A model generated the notes under the pieces. The model saw nothing but the letters and a program-made list of their open reading frames with translations, was not told the origin of the DNA and ran no database searches. The position numbers and the translations under genes were made by a program. Below, piece by piece: positions 24,133 to 37,889 of a stretch of DNA of 64,000 nucleotides. Positions within the stretch are counted from its first letter, which is position 1; each line of letters begins with the position of its first letter. The stretch is from Torpedo marmorata (lineage: Eukaryota): contig OZ360245.1 of NCBI GenBank assembly GCA_977017645.1, positions 3,844,001-3,908,000 on the forward strand, in the 5' to 3' direction.

Positions 24133-27100
24133 GAACAACTTCTTCCCACAGGCAGTGAGAATGCTGAACGACAAAGGAACTGCTCACACTAACCATCCGA
24201 GACTCTCGTATGTACAAAGCACTATTTATTTATTTATTTGTATATACAAATACTTGTCCTGCATATGTATTGTTTGTCTGTATGTGTGTTATGTCAGGTT
24301 GTGTGTCTGCATGTTTTGCACCGAGGACCGGAGAACGCTGTTTCGTCAGGTTGCACTTGTGCAATCAGATGATAATAAACTTGACTTGATGACTACTTAG
24401 TGCCTTTATTTATTAAAGCAACAGACAGAAGGATGCCACTTTCGCTGCTGCCTCAGAAGACTCGACTTCGTCAGCAGTGTGAGGAACTTCACCTGTCCCC
24501 AGGGTATCTGGCCAATGTTTACAGCGGCACCATAGAAAGTGTCAGGGTGTATCATAAAGTGGAACGGGAACTGGTCCGCCCAAGACCACGAGAAACTAAA
24601 CACAGCTCAGATTCAGATTTATTGTCAGAGTACATACATCACATCACATACAACCTTGAGATTCTTTTTCCTGCAGGCGAGGCAGAATTACCACTACTTG
24701 GTAGTGCAAAAAATAAACTGTACACAGCGTAAATATGTAAACAAGCAAAGAACTGTAAACAGATAACGAATGTAAATAAACTGACTGACCATAACACACA
24801 CCAACGTCAACTCTGTGTATACTCCTGCTGTCTTGGGGGAAGTGCTGACATGTTAAAGGACCCATCACACCCCCATCACACACTCTTCCCTTGGTCAGAA
24901 GTCACACATGCTTCAACACACCAACCTCCAGATTTAAGGACAGTTTCTTTACTGCTGTTATTAGACTCTTAAACGGTCTGGTATGGGGATACCAATACCC
25001 CGAGCATAAAGCCCTGCAAAAGGTAGTGGCCACAGCCCAGGACATCACAAGCAAAACCCTCCCCACCATTGAGAACATCTCCATGGAACGCTGCCATCGG
25101 AGAGCAGCAGCAATCATCAAGGATCCACACCGCCCAGCACACGCTCTGTTCTCGCTGCTGCCATCAGGAAAGAGGTATAGGTGCCACAAGACTCGCACCA
25201 CCAGGTTCAGGAACAGCTGCTACCCCTCCACCATCAGACTCCTCAACAACAAACTCAATCAGAGACTCATTTAAGGACTCTTACTTGTGCACTTTATTGA
25301 TTTTTTTTCTCTCTGTATTGCACAGTTTGTTTAAATTTCTTTATTTGTTTACATGTGTACGTTGAATACAGTTTTTTTGCACTGCCAGTAAGTGGTAATT
25401 CTGCCTCACCCCCGGGAAAAAGAATCTCAGGGTTGTATGTGATGTCATGTGTGTACTCTGACAATAAATCTGAAATCAGAAATGGCCCTCACATTGACAA
25501 AAGATGATGCCCTTGCACAACTTTTAACTGAAGTCTCTATATTCTGCACGATGTTTTGTATGTTTCTCTATACCCTGGATTATTTGACTTATTGTAACAC
25601 TACTCCCAACACCGTTTATTTATTGGTTATTATAGCACTACCTGCTGTATGAGTTGACTTGCCTGGATAACATGCAAAACAAAGCTTTTTACTGTATCTT
25701 GGTACATGCAACAATAAAACCATTCAATTCACTTGAATTTGCTGCACATTTACCAAGAGCATTCTTTGAGTGTAATCTAGAAGATTACTCTCTTTTAACT
25801 CCACTCCATCTACAGTGAGTATAATTGTGCCCTGGTCTGCAGTAAGATCATTAATATTTATTCGGTGTGCAGAGGCTGACCTCTGCTCTTGTGGAATGCT
25901 AATTATATATATCTGTGAGCAAGTGAATCCATTAATGTCTCCAGATGTCCCTGGAGAGCATACTGCATTTCACTGAGTACAGGCTTTATCCTGAAAGCTT
26001 CTCGAGACAAAGTTATCGAACTCTGCTCCCTCTCTCAAGTCGATGATGGGGCCTTGTGATATTCCCAGGGGCCATGCAAGATTTCTTGCTCTGAGCAACA
26101 GAGTATTATCTCTCTCTCCCTTTCTATTTCAGGCAAATAGAACCGTGCCAATAAGCACTGGGAGTTAAAAGACGGCAATGTGTTGGGAGTCGACCTGTTC
26201 CTCTCTGCTTCCCGTTCGTTTAGTACCAGGATCCTGGTGAAATCTGCTCAGACTCTGCCTGATTGAAGTGGAAGAGACCAGCTTGGATTCAAAGGACAGC
26301 CACGAGGAGGACTCGTAGGGTGGATATGTGAGTACAAATCACTCTCTCCAGCTGCTTACCTTGTGCCCTGTCACTGCCCGGGACCTGTCACTGCCCGGGA
26401 CCTGTCACTGCCCGGGACCTGTCAGGTTTTCAGATAGCTAAAAAGGGTCTCGACCTGAAACGTTGACTGTCCATCTCTCTCTGCAGGCGCTGTTTGACTC
26501 GCTGAGCCCCTCCAGCGCCTCACTGACTGCTCAAGACTCCGGCGTCTGCAGATTCTGTGTTTCTCCGGTTGTCAGGAATTTTGTTTGGTGACATTTTTCT
26601 TGCTTGAAAGTTCATCCTTCAGCTGCTGGGGGAGCAGTGTTTCCTGAAGGTCACGGGTGAACATGAATGTGGGGGGAGAGCTGGGCAGTCTCACTCTCGG
26701 TGTAATTAGCTGCCCCACTCCCACAGCTCCTGGTTTCCAGCTGTACAGCCCCTCTCCCCTCCTGTGCTGTATAAACCTCTCCCACAGATACCCTCCCAAC
26801 CGGGTGTCCGTGAGGTCGTTCCAACAATGTTGGCACTGGCACTGTGGCTAATTCAAACCTCCCATGTCGTATGGTTCCGTGATTTCCTGAACTTGCAATG
26901 AATTGGTTTAAGTAAAAAGCATCTAAATTGGGAATGACAGCCGAGCTTGGATTTAACAACTTGGCAAAGGCACTCCAGTGGTGACTTCTCCAATGGATAG
27001 TGGCCTCTCTGGAGGGGGACCCCGTTCAATTTCTTTCTTTTATTGTGCCACACCCATTCCTCTGTTATCTCACTGCTACAGCAGCCAACCTGTTCCTGGA

Positions 27101-30100
27101 AATATCATCATCCAACAGCTATTGTTCCCATCCATTTAAACCGTGCAAAAAGCAGTCTTGGGTGCCTCAATCAGGAGTCACCACCTCAAAGCCAGTGAAT
27201 GGTGGTATTTAAAAATCAGGAGGGGTGGGTGTTCCCATGGGTGGGAGACTCAAGAATTGGGAAGGTGATTGGCAAAAGAACTAAAAGTGACTTGACATTT
27301 TTTTTATATGCAAGATGAGGACGGCACGGTTGACGTAGCGGTTAGCGCAACGCTGTTACAGCGCCAGCGATTGGGACCAGGGTTCGAATCCCGCGCTGCC
27401 TGTAAGGAGTTTGTACGTTCTCCCTGTGTCTGCGTGGGTTTTCCCCGAGGGCTCCAGTTTCCTCCCACCCTTCAAAACGTACCGGGGGTTGTAGGTCAAT
27501 TGGTGTAATTGGGCGGCAAGGACTTGTGCTGTATGTCTACATTTTTTTTTAATTAAAAAGGATGAGAGTTTATTGCAATAGATGAAGATACAATGTAAAA
27601 CATGAAAGTCTGCAGACACTGTGGATGAAGTAAAAACACAACGCTGGAGAAACTCAGCAGGTCAAACAGTGTCATATATAACCATATAACAATTACAGCA
27701 CCTTTATATAGCAAAGATAAAGATACATAACCAACGTTTCGGCTTGAGCCCTTCATCAAGGTAACTACATTTTTACTAAATACAATGTACAGATGCACCA
27801 AAATTCTAACTTGCTGAGCCACACAGGTATGGACGGTACACCGGAGGGTTTTAATTCAGGTGACTGCCTGCTTTTTACTCATACCTCGAAGAAGGGCTCA
27901 GGCCTGAAACGTCGGTAATATATCTTTACCTCCTATGGACGTTGCGAGACCGGTTGAGTTCCTCCAGCATCTCTGTGTTTTTACGTAAGATACACCAACT
28001 ACAACAGTATTCAGTGCATTAAATTACCACAATATGCCAAGACAGAAAAAGTGATCATGGACATGAAAGGATTGATAAATGAATGTTCACAGTTGCAGTT
28101 AGTGCAAGAATACAAGTGATGTTTCAGTAGTACAGACCATCTTTTTGCTGGTCCCGGAGTAGTTTATGGTTCGGGTTAGGGTAGTACAAGGAGGTTCAGG
28201 AGCCTGATAACTCCAAATTTCATGGAGACTGAAGTGATTTTTCTCATCACGGTCTGGTATGGGGACACCAATACCCCTGAGCGAAAATCCCTGCAAAAGG
28301 TAGTAGACACAGCCCAGGACATCACAGGCAAAACCCTCCCCACCATCGAGAATATCTACAGGGAACACTACCGTCGGAGAGCAGCAGCAATCGTCAAGGA
28401 TCCACACCACTCAGCACATGCTCTGTTCTCACTGCTACCATCAGGAAAGAGGAATAGGTGCCACAAGACTCGCACCACCAGGTTCAGGAACAGCTGCTAC
28501 CCCTCCACCATCAGACTCCTCAACAACAAATTCAAACAGGGACTCATTAAAGGACCCTTCCTTTTGCTTTTTATTGATTTTTTTTCCTCTCTGTATTGCA
28601 CAATCAGTTTATTTACATTTCTTTATTTACATGTGTACGTTGTGTACAGTTTTTTTTTACACTACCAATAAGTGGTAATTCTGCCTCGCCCGCAGGAAAA
28701 AGAATCTCAGGGTTGTATGTGATGTCATGTATGCACTCTGACAATAAATCTGAAATCCTCCAGACCCAATCAGGGAAAGAGCGGTCATTCAAGGGGTGTG
28801 GGCTTCTCAGGCGGAGCCAGCTTCCAGGTAGTGGAGCTCCCGATGCCTCGGCTGCCGACTTGGTAAACACCTAGTGGTGTTCCCCAGGCTTTTGCTGCCC
28901 TTGTCCTTCTAGCTGGTAGAGATGGTTGGTTTGGAAGGTGCTGTCCAAGGAGTCTTCGGCAGCTCATCTCTGAACAAATGTGGTTGGATGTCAAATCAAG
29001 TCAAGTTTATTGTCATCCGATTGCACAAGTACAACCCGACGAAACAGCGTTCTCCGGTCCTCAGTGTAAAACACGCAGACACACAACCAGACATAACACA
29101 CGTACAGACAAACAATACATGTGCAGGACAAGTATTCATATAAACAAATAAATAAATAAATATTGCTTCATGAATATGAGAGTCTCGGATGGTGAGTGTG
29201 AGCAGTTCCTTTGGTCATTCAGCATCCTCACTGCCTGTGGGAAGAAGCTGTTCCTCAGCCTGGTGGTGCTGGCTCTGATACTCCTGTATCTCTTCCCCGA
29301 CGGGAGCAGCTGAAAGATGCTGTGTGCAGGGTGGAAGGGGTCCTCGATGATTTTGCGCGCCCTCTTCAGACAACGATCCCGGTAGATCACATCGAAGGTG
29401 GGGGAGAGAGTCTCCAGTGACCCTCTCTGCCACGCTTATGGTCCTGTGGATTAACCTCTGATCTATTTCTCTGCAGCATCCGTACCACACTGTGATGCAG
29501 CTGGCCGGGATACTCCGATAGAGCTCCTATAGAAGGTTGATGTAATGGTGGCCGGTAGCCTTGCCCGCTTCAGTCTTCTCAGGAAGTGCAGTCGCTGTTG
29601 CGCCTTCCTGACAAGTGAGGAGATGTTGAGTGTCCACGATAGGTCACTAGTTAAGTGGACTCCAAGGAACTTGGTGCTCTCCACTCTCTCTACTACAGAG
29701 TGTAGTACAAAGTAGAGAGAATGAATACAGAGTTCAGGACCAAAGGGGTTACAATATGCAGGAGAGAATGACTGGCCTCAGAGGGAGGGAGTCGAGTCCA
29801 GGGCTGTGGCAGGAGGCACTATAAGGACTTGTGTTCCCCGAGGTGCAGTGGATCCAAGGTTTGTAACCTGAGCCATGAGTTAATCGGGTGGGTGCAGAGA
29901 GAACGGTCTTCTGTGGTGGGGACGGCTAGGATGAGGAGGCAGGGTTAATGTGGGAGGTGGGGGGGGGGGCTCTGCATCTCCCTTCTCCCACACGACATGA
30001 GTGTGGTGACACGCTCCATTCTCCTTACCATAAGACTGCGGCTCGCTACCAGGAAGAGGCAGAGCTTGGTATGTGGAAAGGATAAGTCTGGGCTCAGGGC

Positions 30101-30429
30101 AAGAAGTCAGGGTGAAGGAGGGATCAATTATTGACAAACTCCAAGGTGCATGGAAACTCTACAGGTCAATCAGGAGTATTGATCTGGTACCATCGTGCAT
30201 TCACTGCAGCACTTAATGGCTTAAATATTTAATAAGATCTGATTTGCGTGTGAGTGTACAGTTTCCATTGCCTGAGTGTTGTTTTACTCTGTGGCGATCC
30301 CAGGGGCTGTACTCGCTGGGTTTTGCTCAGTCCTGCTGTAACCTCACCAGGTTCGGGAAGCTGCAGGACCTGCCTGACACCAGCCCGTTCTCTTTCCCGC
30401 TGGGAAGCTGCTCCTGTCCGGAATCATTA

Positions 30430-31179
30430 CACTGGACAATAATTTTTTTTTTTTAAACGTTTGCTTCCTGAAAAAAATTGGGGATTATGATAGACAACTT
30501 CAAGCTGAACACAAAGATAATTTCGATTTGCTGTATCACGTAGGAAGTTGGAGAAACAGTAAATTAACTTTTATTGAATTTAGCATGTTTAATTGCATAA
30601 TGATGCTGACACATTGCGTTAGTTCAACTGACTTAAAAATGTTTTGCTGCTGATTTTCGTTTGTACTCAGCATCTGATGCCTCTCGTGTCAGTGTCCAAC
30701 AATAGTCGGGCAGCATTGATGGATTCCAGTTGCCCTGATACCGCTTTTCCACGGTCACAGTGTCCTGGTGAAACCTTTCACCATGTTCGTCACTGACTGC
30801 ACCAAGATCAGCAGGGAAGAAGTCCAAGTGCGAATGAAAACAATGAATTTTCAATGACAAGTTGAAGCGTGTTGTCAACGGATGTAGTTTGGTGCTCTGG
30901 AGTTGCCAAGAAAATTCTCAACAACATCTTTAAATGCCTTCCATGCATGCCCAGGCCTAAGACAACATTTGCATAGCACCTGCACTGAGTGCATGCCCAG
31001 GCATGCTTGGACTGACCACAACAGCTTGCTTTGTTTGAAATATACCAGTAGACTTAAAATATGACAGGAATTCACAAAAATAGGTTATATCTTAAAAAGC
31101 GGTGATTGGAAAATATTAAGGTGATTTTTGTGATCAACACCCAAAGGTGCTCAGGAAGCAAAATCTTCATTGTCCAGTG
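30430..31179 (-). mobile_element. Chapaev3-type DNA transposon remnant (copy 2)
   Basis: Same TIRs and transposase remnant as 15776-16382. Confidence 0.75.
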
Positions 31180-34100
31180 TAGTCAGAGAAAGCCTGTTCT
31201 GCCCGTCCAGTTGGTGCAAGCTCTCTGAAGGAGTGGACAGCAGGTCCCACTCCTCTCTGGATTTCCACGTCAGAAGGACCACTGCCAGATTCCAGATTTC
31301 AGATTTATTGTCAGAGTACATACATGACATCACATACAACCCTGAGATTCTTTATCTGCAGGCGAGGCAGAATTACCACTTATCGGTAGTGCAAAAAAAA
31401 CTGTACACAGCGTATACATGTAAATAAATAAAGAACTGTAAACAGATAATGAATGTAAACAAACTGACTGTGCAATACAGAGAGAACAAAAAAAATCAAT
31501 AAAGTGCACAAGTAAGAGTCTTTAAATGAGTCTCTGATTGAGTTTGTCGTTGAGGAGTCTGATGGTGGAGGGGTAGCAGCTGTTCCTGAACCTGGTGGTG
31601 CGAGTCTTGTGGCACCTATACCTCTTTCCTGATGGTAGCAGCGAGAACAGAGCGTGTGCTGGGTGGTGTGGATCCTTGATGATTGCTGCTGCTCTCTGAT
31701 GGCAGCGTTCCCTGTAGATGTTCTCGATGGTGGAGAGGATTTTGCCTTTGATGTCTTGGGCTGTGTCCACTACCTTTTACAGGGCTTTATGGGGTATTGG
31801 TGTCCCCATACCAGACCGTGATGCAGCCGGTCAGCACACTTTCCATCCAGTGAGGGTCACTGCATGGACCAATGCAGAGGGGGAAGCCGTGTGCGTCGAT
31901 GCCACAGTGTAGCATGTTCTTTAGGGATGAATTTCTAGACGTGTCTTCCTCTTTTGAAAGTCCCCAATGAATCAGCTCCTTTGAGGGTCTACGATGCAGA
32001 TCACAGAAAACCTTTCTCCTTACCACCCCTCCCTCTCATGGTGTCATTCAGCACGGAAACTGGCCCTTCACCTGCCCACAGCAACCGAAACGTCCCACCC
32101 ACACTTGTCCCACCTGCCTGCATTTGGCCCATATCCCTCTAAACCCGTCCTATCCATGTATCTGTCCAAAGGTTTCTTAAACATTGCAATAGTAACTGCC
32201 TCAACCACCCATTCCACACACCCACCAGCCTCTGTGTAAAAAATCTTACCCCTCAGGTGCTATTAAATCTCTTCCCCCTCACCTTAATCCAGTGGTTCTC
32301 AACCTTTTTCCTTCCATCACATACCCCCTTGAGTAATCCCTTACTAACCACAGAGGACCTGTACAATGTGAATGGAAAGAAAAACGTTGAGAACCTCTGC
32401 CTTAATCCTATGTCCTCTGGTTACTGATTCCCCAACTCTGGGCAAAAGACTGTGTGTTCACCTGATCTATTCCCCTCATGATTTTGTACACCTGTATCAG
32501 ATCACCCCTCATCCTCCTGCGCTCCAAGGAATAAAGCCCCGGCCTGCAGTCAGAGGCTCCTGATCTCCGATGCTCCAGGGCTAGTTGGGAATTTCAGGAC
32601 TGGAATTGATAGGTTTGGAGAGCAGGAAACGGAGACACAGCGCTCCCACGGGGTGAAACCGCCCAGTCCGACTGCCATCAGCTCCGTGCAGGCCTTAAAC
32701 GGCCTGTTAAAGGAGCCGACGGTGGTTTTATTTCAAAATTCTGTGACCGCGGGGTCTGCGCCCAAGATGGCAGCGCCTATGATCGGCAGCAGCCACGAGG
32801 GGTTGCAGACTCCAGGGAAGTGGAGGACTGGCGCAGGGCACCAGAAAACGGGGAGACCACCCCCCCCCACCCCATTTGAGAAGGAGAAGCAGAGGAGACG
32901 ACCCATGGGACGTTGACCACACCGGCAGACCAATGAGGGTTCTGCAGCTGAAGAACACACAGGCAGCGGGCTGTTGACTCGAGGCGAGGAACCCATGCAG
33001 GCTGCGGGCTGCTGGCAATTACTGTTGAGGGATGCACAACAGGTAGCGAACTGCTTGAGACTGGCTGAAAGGGTACCAGGTATCGGAACCGGGATGTGAG
33101 AGGGCGCTGAAGGGTACCTGATCGTGTCGGAGGTTCGGATCTGGAGCTTGGGCTGCTGATGGTTTGGACTGAAGTCTGTGTGGCTGCAGAGGCTGCGGGA
33201 GCGCTGGAGGCGAATCCACGGACATTCGGTGACTGAGGGAACTCTCTTTTGCTTCTCTTTCTCTGACTGTAAGAGGTGCTTCAGGCAATTTCTACCGATG
33301 AAGAATCTGTCTGCCTTACGGCAGACGAAAGCAAATTACGTGTAATATTGCCTGGTTTTTATTACATGACAGTAAAGGAATCTTGAAGATTTCATCATCC
33401 AGAGTGGAATTGGATGGCAGAACAGGCTCAGGGAGCTGAAGGATCTTCAGCCATTCCATTGATTTATCCTTGGGCACTCCACAACATTCAGGAGACTTGT
33501 TTCCACTGGACCCAGAAGTGGCCAGAGTGGGGGCTCTGACTCTCCCTCAGGTTGGGCAGGTGGGACCTGATGGAGCAAGTGGCTGGCAACTTTAGGAATT
33601 GGGACATTACCCCTTCTGCTTCTGCCGATCCTCCATCGACTCGCCACATCATCCGTATCATCCTGACCGCTACTTCTCCTCATCGAGCGGCCGTGTCGAG
33701 GATCCCTGGCGTCGGCCCGCCTGAGAATCTCCTCACGGACCCTGCTGAGGTGCTGAAATCGGGCCGAGGAGAATGTTGGTCACAGATTCGCAGCTGGTCT
33801 CTTACATAGAGAGAGAGAGAGAGAATGAGAATGCTAAGGATCCCAATGGTGGAATTGTGACCGTCTTCAGGAAAGGAGTCAAATCTGATTGTGGAAACAA
33901 TGGAGGGTCTCCCCGGGAGGATCACGGCTAGGGTCCCCCTCAACAAGCCACACCACTCATTGACGAGCTGTTCCCTATCACAGATATCCATTGATCTATT
34001 ATTCTCATGAGTTCTGAGGCACAGTGAGAAGCTGACCTTTCCACTGGCAAAGACTTATCATGCCCCCTGTGTCAGTTAACATAAGTAAAGAAACAAGAGA

Positions 34101-36999
34101 TTTGAGATAAAGGAAGGGCAGAAAAGAAGGCTATCCCCTTCAGAGAGAGAGCGGGTGGTGGAGAAGGGAAACTGTGGGACACTCCTGAAATTCGCTGCCC
34201 ACTTAATCTTGTCGTGGATGTATCTGCTTCATGAGCAAAATAAAATGGCAGCGCTGCCGCTGGTGCGGACCCGGGAGAGCGGGGAGCAGAGACACAGCAC
34301 TGCTCCGCAGGGTCCTCCTGCCCGGTTCTGATGCCGATGGCTCTGTACAGGCTCTAAACGGCCTGTTAAAGGAGCCAACGGTATTTTTTAAAAAATCCCA
34401 CAGGGTCTGTGCCCACGATGGCAGCGTCTGTGCTGGGCAGCGTACCACGAATGGGTTGCAGACTCCAGGGGAGCAGTGGACCAGCGCAGGGCACCAGAAA
34501 TGGGGAGAAACACCCCCCCCTCCTTGGTTGAGGAAAAGCATGGGAGATGACCCTACAGGACGGTGACCATGGCAGTGGACCAGCGAGGGGCTTATTGGCG
34601 AAGGCCCCACACCGGCTGCAGGTTGCTGGAGATGGCTCGTAGGAACCAGGTATCAGAACTGGGATTCGAGAGGGTGTTGAGGGCAAGATGGGCTCCTGAA
34701 GGGCCTTGGTCACTGAAGGCTCTTGACGAAGGATTGAATCTTGATGGAAGTGTCCAGTCGGAAACATCGACCATTCTCTTTCTCCCACTACCGCTGCTCG
34801 ACCCATTAAGTTCCTCCAGCAGAGAGTTTGTTGGTCAGATTCCAGCGTCTGCATGCTCCTGTGTGTCTCAACACTCCCCAGGACAACATCCCAGCAATGA
34901 GGCTCCAGTGACACAGTAGGCACAACACAGAATAATTTATCACCTGCCCCTCGTTTCAGCTACTGTTCACTTGCCGTCCCGTGGTCTGATGTTTGTTTGA
35001 TGTCAGGACATCACTGGTAAAACCCTCCCCACCATCAAGAACATCTTCAGGGAACGCTGCTATTGGAGAGCAGCAGGAATCAACAAGAATCCACACCACT
35101 CAGCACACGCTCTGTTCTTGCTGCTACCATTAGGAAAGAGGTATAGGTGCCACAAGGCACAATCAGGGACTCATTTAAGGACTCTTACTTTTGCACTTTA
35201 TTGATTTTTTTTTCTCTCTGTATTGCACAGTTGTTTACATTTTTTTTTTGTTTACATGTATACGTTGTGTACAGTTTTTTTTTGCACTACCAGTAAGTGC
35301 CTGACCCGCAGGAAAAAGAATCTCAGGGTTGCCTGTGATGTCATGTATGTACTCTGACAATAAATCTGAAATCTGATATGCCTGACCTTGAATCTCGATG
35401 TGAGCTGCAACATTTATTAGTCTGACTCAAGCAGTGACTGATTAGTGAGCAGACGCACTTCCCCCTCTCAGAGGCTATACCACTCATACTGAATCACCCT
35501 TTTTAATTCAACCAACGAAACCAATTTGATACAGTGCCACCTCAAAAACATTGAGGTCAGTGCTTACCTGAGCATCGTGTTCCTCCTTGCGGATAGAGAA
35601 TCACTTTGAACCGCAGTGAAGACACACAGGAGACTGTGAACGCAGGAATGTGGGGCGAAACACAATCTGCTGGAGGGACTCAGCGGCATCAGAGATTTGA
35701 ACCAGTCTCGATAAGGAGTTTCGGCTCGAAATGTCAACCGTTCTTTATCTCCCTCTGATCGGCTCAACACACTGAATTCGTCCAGCATGGTGTGTTGGAC
35801 TGGAGTAATTGGACGGGCAGGAGGCAAAATGTAGCAGGTAGACAAAGAAAGAACAGTCCAGATAATCGGAATAAAAGTTGTTTGATTTAGATTTATAGAT
35901 TCAGCACGGTAACACGCCTTCCGGCCCACGAGCCCGAACACACCCATGTGACCAATTAACCTAACAACCCCGAGCCATTTCTCTGCAGCAACCGTACCAC
36001 ACTGATGCAGCTGGCCAGGACACTCTCGATAGAGCTCCTGTAGAAGGTTGACATAATGGTGGCCGGTAGCCTTGCCTGCTTCAATCTTCTCAGGAAGTGC
36101 AGTCGCTGCTGCGCCTTCCTGACAAGTGAGGAGATGTTGAGTGTCCACGATAGGTCACTAGTTAAGTGAACTCCAAGGAACTTGGTGCTCTCCACTCTCT
36201 CTACTACAGAGTTGTTGATGTGTAGTGGAGGGTGGTCGTTCCTGGTCCTCATGAAGTCCACGATCATCTCCTTCGTCTTGTCCACGTTGAGACTCAGGTT
36301 GTTACTCCCGCACTATTTCACGTGATTTTCCACCTCTTCTCTGTAGTGCGAGACATCGTTGATGCTGATGAGGCCAACTACTGTTGTGTCATCTGCAAAC
36401 TTGATGACACTGTTGGAGGTGGATCTGGCAATGCAGTCGTGGGTCTGTAGCGTAAAGGAGTGGGCAGAAGTAAAAAGGGGGTCACGTTACGTATAGGAAT
36501 GGAGAAAGAAGCTGGGGGAGGGGCCGAGGTGATCAGGGATTGGGCAGAAGGTGGAGAGACCACTGGGAGGGGGGAAGAGAGAAAAGTAAGACTGCAGGAG
36601 GTAAAGAAGAGATGGAAACAGTGGAAGGCGATGGAGGTGGGGGGTTACCTAAAATGGGAAAAATTTGGTGTTCGTGCTGTTAGGTTTAAGGCTGTCCAGG
36701 AGGAACATGATGTGCTGTTCATCAAGTTTGCCCTGCCAATGGATGAGACCAAGGACAGACATATCAGTGTGGGAATGGTGCAGGGAATTGGAATGGTTCA
36801 CCACTGGGAGTTCAAGATTAGACCCACACACAGAGCATAGGTATCTGGTACGGTGGACACCCAATCTCAAGTCAAGTTTATTGTCATCTGAGTGCACAAG
36901 TACAACCCAACAAAACAGCGTTCTCCGCTCCTCGGTGCAAACACACAACCAGACATAACACATATACAGACAAACAATACATACCCAGGACAAGGAGAT

Positions 37000-37240
37000 G
37001 GAAGGACATTGGGGATCAGGATGGAGGTGGGGGGAGATGTAGGGACATTGGGGATCGGGATGGAGGTGGGGGGAGATGTAGGGACATTGGGGATCGGGAT
37101 GGAGGTGGGGGGAGATGGAGGGACATTGGGGATCGGGGTGGAGGTGAGGGGGGGAGATGTAGGGACATTGGGGTATGGTTGGAGGTGGGGGGAGATTTAG
37201 GGATGTTGAGGATCAGGATGGAGGTGGGGGTGGGGGAGAT
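37000..37240. repeat. 39-bp G-rich minisatellite (~5-6 copies)
   Basis: ggggatcgggatggaggtggggggagatgtagggacatt repeated. Confidence 0.9.
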
Positions 37241-37889
37241 GTCGGGACAAACGTGCAATGTCCAGGTTTGGATACTGAATTTCTCTGATTTTTTTTTTCC
37301 GTGTCTATTTTTTGATGTGTCTCTTCCTACTTTGGGTAAAATAAAGCTGATCTCATCTTGTGCGTGTGGTCGTTTTGGGGAGAATTGAGATGTCACGCAG
37401 ACATGGGAAGTGGTTGGAGTCATTGGACAGTGCTGGTGACAGGAATTTGCAAAAGCAGATTACTAACTCACCAACCACAGCAGCAGAGCTATGGCAAAGT
37501 AGGCTGGTCACGGGAGAACAAGGAGCTATCTCTGCTCAGAGGCTGCTTCAAACTACTCGGGATCCTTCGGCACTGTCCTTGGTGAGGGCAGGCGCAATTC
37601 TCCTGAAAGTAAGGAAAATCTGGCTCAAAGCACGTGGCTTCAGAATGCTGGGTTTTCTTGGGAAGAATGTTGGAATCTGAATTTTGGGAAGGGAAGGGGG
37701 TGTGCTGAGCCGCTCTGGAATCAGATCGCAGAGCGGGCTGCTGAGCTGCACATCACACAGCCACAGGCGGGGAGGCAAGCAGAGAGCAACACACAGACGT
37801 GCCGGAGAAACTCAGCAGGTCACGCAGCATCCAGAGGAAGTAAAGGGGAAACCAACGTTTCGGACCTGGGCCCTTTGTCAGCATCTGCA

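Noticed and set aside
26368-26423. Three copies of 17-bp cctgtcactgcccggga (and a ~45-bp duplication at 48106-48200)
   Set aside because: Simple local slippage duplications with no further structure
33551-33809. Acceptor-like site followed by a CpG-rich 85-aa ORF
   Set aside because: No recognisable homology and no convincing donor; cannot be supported as an exon from sequence alone
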